From Babesia bigemina (taxonomy: Eukaryota), in assembly GCF_000981445.1 (NCBI RefSeq), contig NC_027217.1:62001-126000 (forward strand): a stretch of 64,000 nucleotides of DNA, read 5' to 3'. Numbering within the stretch: the first letter of the stretch is position 1; the number at the start of each line of letters is the position of its first letter. Below are positions 56,867-64,000 of this stretch, in pieces. Both the position numbers and the translations under genes were made by a program. The notes beneath the pieces are model-generated. The model had not been told where the DNA came from. It worked only from the letters and a program-made list of their open reading frames with translations, and did not search any database.

Positions 56867-59800
56867 TCACCGAGATGCCTCCTTTTGGATGTTTATGATT
56901 TCGTGCGCGAGCCTTCCCTGGCAGAAGGAGTTAACGACGTTGGCCAGGCGCGTCCGCGACAGCACCACCGGCCCGTACACGCTCTCGTGCAGGTCCCTGT
57001 TGCCGAATTTGTCGGAGTACAGCGTCTGCGACGTGCAGTGCCGCCGCTCGTCGAGGTAGAGCAGGAAGCAGTTGAACGGCGAAATGAAAACGCACTGCCC
57101 TCCGCCGCAGGTGTTGGCGTGCGTCAGCACCTCGTCGTTGTAGATGTGCGTCAGGTCCGTCGGGCGGAACGCGACATGGCTGCGCTCCAGCGAGGTGAGC
57201 ATGCGCAGCACCCGCACTCCCTTGTTGCGGTCGCAGCAGATGCTATGGTGGCACACCACCGAGCCGCACAACACGCACACTAGCGGGTTAGGCGGCGTCC
57301 TGCCGCACGTCGGGCACGCCCTGAAGGTGGTTTGCCGCAACAGGTCCCAGGCGCCCATGGGCAGGTTGCGCTCCATGTCGATATAGTCGTACCCAGTGAT
57401 CAGTGGCGCGGCAGACTCGTGCCCCGTCGCACGCACGTATTGCAGCTTCCTCCGCGCGTTGTTTTGGAACATGTACTCGCAGATTTGCCGCACAGGTTGA
57501 AGGTGCTTGTTGATGTCAATGACCTCGGCCAGCAGCCCGAACCTGACTTCGTGCGGGTGCAGGTGGGCGTAGGACACCTTAGTCTTCACGTCTTCGTCCA
57601 CGTCGAAAACGCTGAACATAGTCCAGAATGACATGTCCAACAACCGGTTCAAGTGCATGAGGAGGCCGGTGACAAAGGCATCCATGTCAGGCTCGAAGTC
57701 GCGGTGGAGGTACCCTCGCTCGCGCACGTGGGCGTATACCCGTTGCGCTATACTGCGGATGATGGGCACAAGATCGTCTAGCGTGGAGCTTTCGGTCAAC
57801 TCCTTGTGTGCGTCCACATCCACAAAGTCCAGCAAGTGGTACTCCGCCGGTACCAGGTGGCGCAACACCTCGAAAAACGCAAAGTTGCTGTGCGCACGGT
57901 ACATTTCCTCGTTGACGCGTCGGAGGAAGTCCGTGCCCAGGTAGTGGCGTTCGGGCTCCACTGGGCTGTCCTCGGTGGCGTTGCGGGTGGCCCCCTCGGC
58001 GAACAACTTATCCGCAATGTCGCACTCCCCTCTAGGCGACACCTCGCAGTCATTGGTATCATCCCGAAGCACATCGAGTAGCAGCCCAAATTCGGTGCTG
58101 TCCACACCGCTGTCCATAAGGGAGTGAACCGTGCGCACCTTCAGCAGGTTGGCTATTACCGCGTGCAGGTAATTCCTGACTTGCGCCCCCATCTCGCCGT
58201 CGGGTTGTTCCGGGATTGGGTAGGTGAGCATGGCCACGGTGCGACGGTGTACACTCTGCAGCTTTAGTGCCAGATCAGTGTGAGCGTCGAGGCCTATCTG
58301 TTCAACAGTTGCATAGGGGATACGGTGCATTCTACCAGCGTTATCTACCACCATATCGCCACCTTTAGCTGTGGTTGGGTGACTTGACACATCACCAGCT
58401 TGTTGATCAACGTCCATCAGGTCTGATTTCACAGAGGAGTCTTCCGCAACATCGGCATTTTCCAGTCCCGCGGCAGATGCCACGTCACCCGATGAGCCCA
58501 TATCACTAGCCATACAAAGCTGACCGGTGTAGTTGTAATACCTGAAGTCCGCTTCGTGTTCATTAAGCCCATACCACTTCACTCGCTCTATCAGGTTGGC
58601 CGGCATGTCCGCACTTTCCACGTGTTGCTTCACATAGGTCTCATACAATGCGGTGAGGAACTGCCGCTTGAACCGGAGCTTGCCGTATTTAGAGGCGGAT
58701 TGCGCCTCCGCTGCCGTGTTGTCAACCATTGTTGCGTCAGGTGAGTCACCTGGTCCCCTCACATTAGCGCCATTACCGCCAACACCGGCTGCCACGTCCA
58801 CAAACGTGGCAAAGGAACGCTTAATATCGTCCAGCACAAAGCGTTCCAACACCTGCAGCGATAGCATCCCTACGCAGTTTGCCAGGTGCTTCAAACATTG
58901 ATCCAGGGTAGGGGCCCGGTGCGTGAAGAACATGAGGAAATACCGAAATACATCCTTCGACCACGGGGATGTGACGTTCAAATTAAGTTTGCCCCCATTA
59001 CTCTCGACGTTGTAATTGTCAAGGTTGGGCTCCTCTTCGACAAGCTCGAAATTGAGTGCGGAAGCAAGTTGGCGTACCTGGTCGTCAGTAAGAGCCTCGA
59101 CAAGCGTCGTTGTCATCGTCACAGGTTCCATGGAAGACCGCAGTGGAAACGGTACTGCCAAGTCCTCCACTGCCATGTCAAAGAAGTTGTCATCCAATTG
59201 GCAGGGAACGCCACATTCATCAACGGGGTAATCCTGCCTTTCGACGCCGTAGAAGTTGCTAACCAGGTGCTGCAGCAGTGACGGCTTCACGGTCAGCTGG
59301 TTGCGGCGGCACGTGGACGTCGCCAGGATGTGGTGGTACAGGACCCAAAATTTGGGATCCACCAGCATCCCGGCATCGACGTGGCGCCAATTCTGCACCC
59401 CGTAGAGGCAACGCTGGCCCGAGAACACACCTCTGCAGTATTCCCCTGTCATGGCGTGCGGGTAGGTGTAGTCGGGGTCAACGTCGAAAAGCCGCCCTAG
59501 CTGCCGCCTCTTGGAGGGCCTGCACGACAGCCACTGCTCCAGTTGGCGGATGACGCCGGAACGGTCGAACTCAGGCGGCTTAAATTTCCTGCGATAGCTC
59601 AGAGTTTTGCACTTCTTCCGGTACTCCACGGAGACATCAGCCTCGATGCACTTGGTGCAGCACATTTCGTAGCTCTGCGTGTCCGCCACGCCCAGATCCT
59701 CCAGGAAGCTGCGGCCCTGGATAGGCGCAGCCTGTACGTCGTTGTGCGGCAGCACCACGTTGAAGGTGTACATCACGTGCGGGTTTATGTTGAACCGCGC

Positions 59801-62800
59801 GTGAACGGGCGAGGGCAGCCAATTGGCGCAGAAGGCATAGCGCCACGTGGCCATACAAAGCGTGTTCAGTTTGGTCTTCTTACCCAGCTTTCCCTTCCTC
59901 AACTTCTTGCTTTCCGGGATGTACTCGAGCATGTAGTTGCACAGCGACTTGCATATCGGGCAGAAGAACTCGTTGGTTGAGCGCTGGATGCCATAAAGCG
60001 GCATGAGCTGGCCAGACGCCTCCCTCATTTGGTGCTCCGTCATGCACTGCGTGTGGACTAGGTGGCCACAACAGCTTATCATCGACGAGCGCAGCGGGAG
60101 AGAGGCGCGGGCATACACGGATGGACCGGTGGCCGACTGGCTGCAGCGGCGCAACACGCTATTAGTTGATATCAGGCACATGAAGCTCATGGGGCGCCAT
60201 TCGTCCATGCCCTGCTTGCACAGAATACAAGTCTCTTCCTCAATACTTTTGTCCCTGGCTTCACCCTTCGAAGACAACGTGCTGGTGCCTTCCTCTAAAG
60301 GCACATCCAGTTTTTCTGCGACGCCGCCCAGTGGCACCTTCTTCTGCTGCGCTACCATCCTCGCCATGAACTTCATTTGGAGCTTCTTCACCGCTTCAGC
60401 CCGGTCCTCGTGCGATACGGAACTGGACTCCTTTTGGTGCACCTTGAATGTATCACGCAGCTTCTGGGCCACATGTTTCAGCGCCGCATGGATGATCTGG
60501 TCGTCGCCCATTCGCACCGATACTGCCTCGATTATCTCTACTAACCTCGGCGCGTTCTCCTCGTTGATGTGCTGCGATGTCTCCATCAGCAGGCAAAAAG
60601 TCTTGAGCGCACACAGGACGGCCTCGTTCCACTTGGTGCCTACGGGCCCCCACCAGTTGATGCGGCTGCGGTAGTATTGCCTCGGCTCACCGACCACGTC
60701 GAAGTAGCACTCTCTATCATCGGAGGCGTTGTGGAACGTAGTTTCGCCATCTACTTCCATTTCCTTATATCTTGAATGAGATGACAGATTTGACAGCCCC
60801 TCCATGAACTGCCAGGCCACGTTGAAGCACTCCTTTGACCCCAGGCTGTTCAGTATCGCATCCTGCGCCTCGTAGTATTCGGGCTGCATGAAGGCGGAGC
60901 TGCGCGGCGGGCCCAGCATACCGGCGGTACCGCGCTTGAGCACCTCTTGCGGGATCGAGATCTCGGAGGCGTTGCTGTACGGGTTCCAAATAACGTCGAC
61001 CAGGCGGTATGACTCGCTCTTGGGGCGCATGTACGCCTTGTCGGTCAGCTGCGAATAGTTGACGGTGGCCAAGCTCTCCACCGCGTCGGCGATCTGCGGG
61101 TGGTGGCGCCAGTACGAGTCGACCATGCCCGTGATGTCCCCGAACTCGCTCCGCCCCATGGATAGTGCCGACGCCACGTCCATCACTACTAGCGGGTATC
61201 CGCGCCGCACGTACTCGGGGTCCTTGTTGTTTCGCGGCACCGAGAGCTTCTCCAGGTGCTTCACGTCGTGCAGCACCACGTTAATCAGGTGCATGAAGAA
61301 GGTGGCACGGAAGACGCCATCACCCGGAGTACACTGCATGCGCACTAAACTACCATTACGACAAATAATGTTTCTCCTGAAGGCCTCTTTGTGCAGCACG
61401 AGCAGCGGATCAACGTCCGTGATGCCGGCACGGCGCCGCAGACCTAGCAGCGCCACCGCAGCCTGCACTGCCACCAAGTCCAGCTGGACCAATATCACCT
61501 GCCGATAGTGGTCATGCTGGTCGTGCATCGACTCCCCGTTGTACACCCACAGGTTGGTCTTGACCTCCTGGGCGAAGCGCAGCGTTGACACCGTGGTCCT
61601 GATCACGTACAGCAGCACCTCGTCGTCGAACGCGTTAACCAGAGGGTCCCCTCTGATCACGTCAGCAGCCAGGGACGATGCGTGCAACTGGCGAATGTGG
61701 TTGAAGTTGACGATGCTGGCGAAGAACCTGATGAAGGGGATATGGAAGGTCCTACATAATTTCAAGCTTTTAAATTCCCACATCTTCAAATTATCCTTCA
61801 TGCACTTGTTGACTTCCTTATAGAACGGAATGGCGGCCGTTAGGTCTGACTTGCAGTTCTCCGAGAACGGGCGCAGCGCCGTGTGGAGGGTGTGCTCGCT
61901 GGTGAAGGCGATGACGTACCCGGAGTTCTCAAAAGGGACGTGCTGATCTTTTGCATGTTGGATTGTGTTCATCATTTGCATGCAGCTGAGCAGTTTGAAC
62001 AGCGTGGCGTAAAGACTGGGCGTCTTCAGCACCTGCTTCACAACGACATCATGGTTCATCAGATACGTGAAGTCGCTCAGGACGAGCAGATAGAAGCTGC
62101 AAAGCATACGCGCGCCAAATGGTGCCAGCGTACCTGAATAGCCGTCGGTCAAATCGCGGGAATTGCAGCGTGTCCAGGCGCCCATCACGCAGGTGGTGGT
62201 CCAGCAGGCACTGCACGCATACCTCGAGGAATCCATTGTTCACCTCTCGGGTGGCAATGTGCGAGTATGTGAACAGCTGCACGGAAAGGTGGCTGAGGTG
62301 CCATTCTGCGGCGTGTTAGCATTCATACAGCGGTGACACCAACCTTCCGGTTCCCTGTACGGCTCCACAATATCCCCGTAATGCTGCACCTGCGACGCGA
62401 TGGCAGGCGCGGTTACGCCAACGTACGTATACTTTCGAAAATAGCACCTTGAACGCCATCGACGTGACCATGGTCAGGTATAGCGAGTTCAACGTTTTGC
62501 GCACATCCGAGGAGAGCAGCTGGTGCTTCCTGACCCAGACCGTGAGGTCCTCCTCCAGCATCACCTCGTAAAACGCGTACCTAAACGCAGGCGTGACCTT
62601 GAGCAGGTCGTCCAGTAACGTCAGAAGCAGCAAGAAGAACGACTCCTCAACAGGGTCGAGGTTCCGCATGTAGGCAGTGATGGCCGCGCATATCTGCCGC
62701 AGCGTGTCTCTCAGACGCGCCAAAAACTCGGGGCTGAAGAGATCCAGCAGCCGGCATTCGTCCGCCATGGTGAGCGGCGAGTTGTGCTTGGAGCAGGATC

Positions 62801-63421
62801 CGCTGGGGTCCCACGAACCGTTGTCGCCGCAGTCGCAGCAGCCCCCCGACGTCCTCGTCAGCCTGTACTTGTGCCCATCGTGGTTCGACCTGAAGAAGCA
62901 GCTGACGCATATTGCGCACGTGCTGTCCGACTCGCAATCGTAACACTTGAAGGCGATGGTCTCCTCCAGCCACTTGGTGGTGCAGAGTCCGGTGTTACCT
63001 GCCGACATGTGTAAAAGCGTAAAACAGCGTGGAAAAAACAGACGCACCACACAACATGCCACTGTATGTGCCCGACTGATCCAAAAGCGCAAATCGTGTC
63101 TCGGCGGACCGGCACCGCTGCATTTGCAGCAGTGTCTGCTTTTGCACCTTTAGACAGCGACGCACCTCGACTGCAGCACAAACACATATCGCATACTCAC
63201 GCACAATCCTCTACACCGTGCCAGCCGTGCTCACCTGTATACTCGATGATCAGCTGGTTGGCCTTGTGCGGGTTGCAGTTGGCATATAGGTATCCGTATA
63301 TCTCCTGGTACACGCGGTCCCGATCGTGGTTATCGAAGTACTCCTCGCCGAGGGCGCGCACGTCCAGCGTGCTGTTTGAGGAGCTGGCGCAGTGGCGCTT
63401 CACCCCCGACGTAGGCGTCAT
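56867..63421 (-). CDS. UBR-box/RING-H2 N-recognin E3 ubiquitin ligase (UBR1/2/3-like), multi-exon at 5' end
   Basis: UBR box CTTKW..AFKCYDCESDSTCAICVSCF..NHDGHKY..GGCCDCGD..W...CSKH; RING CILCK...SCCGHLVHTQC...EFFCPICKSLCN; C-terminal CVLCGSVVC...HANTCGGG...YSDKFG. Confidence 0.92.
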
Positions 63422-64000
63422 CTCGACGCCCGTGTTGACAGCAGAGGTCAGCGGAAGCGCATCCGTGCGCCAATACCGTAAACTGCCGACTAATTCGGCA
63501 CGTTGCTGCTACAGAATTGCCCGTTCTACGGCAGCATTGCCCAGTTCCTGCTTGTTTTGACACTCGCTTCAACAAGGGTGTGTTAAGCGTGCTCCGAGAC
63601 GTGCAGTTATCAATCCGCTTTGTGCTTGCGATACGGAGCTTTGATCGCGCGTAAATATCGGGGCTGTACCACAGGTGCCAACCTGCGCAGCGCAACGCCG
63701 GAAGCTACAATGCATACGCCTGGCGGATGAGACAGAACGGCAGTTGCAGGTATCGCCAAAAGAAGCCCTATTAACTGCAAATCGACGGATGTAAGCTTAA
63801 TTGTGCTGTATGAACGCAGAAGGCTATGTGATTAGGGTGTGGGTGCGATACCACCCAAAACTCCATCTGCCGGTGACACGCGCGCTATAGACCGCTGGGC
63901 CGCTTTACAAGCGATATCAAGCGCCGCAATTCGAATATGCAGATGCATTCCCACTATGGCGGAGCGTCTAATAAACACATGTCAGACCGATAGTTTGCTA

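Noticed and set aside
1..64000. tRNA, rRNA, CRISPR arrays, transposons, telomeric repeats
   Set aside because: No cloverleaf/T-loop context, repeat-spacer array, transposase/RT ORF or telomere tract seen by eye.

Overview
Eukaryotic, gene-dense DNA with many 34-41 nt GT-AG introns, most consistent with a piroplasm (Babesia sensu stricto, B. bigemina/B. ovata-like; inferred from gene families, not from a search). The left ~13 kb is a variant-gene (probably subtelomeric) block. It holds a large minus-strand 'ebh-like'/VESA-related coiled-coil gene, broken by two +1 frameshifts and one in-frame TGA and running off the window, head-to-head with an intact 1620-aa VESA-related 'ribosome-binding protein 1-like' gene that carries mammalian RRBP1/p180-type NQGKKAEG decapeptides. 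The rest is core housekeeping genes: a divergent APRT, a SIM-containing RING ligase (STUbL-like), SURF1, a TBC+rhodanese protein, a zinc-finger protein, TRM10, an EF-hand protein, a small Tim, XPG/RAD2, RPC11, a kelch protein, a CCCH zinc-finger protein, PIG-M, a Nup82/88-like protein, UTP10, a mitochondrial RRF-like protein and a UBR-box E3 ligase. Several of these were assembled by manual splicing and are not whole in the ORF track. Several co-oriented neighbours are packed operon-like: an ATGA overlap and stop-to-start gaps of 4, 8, 35 and 59 nt.
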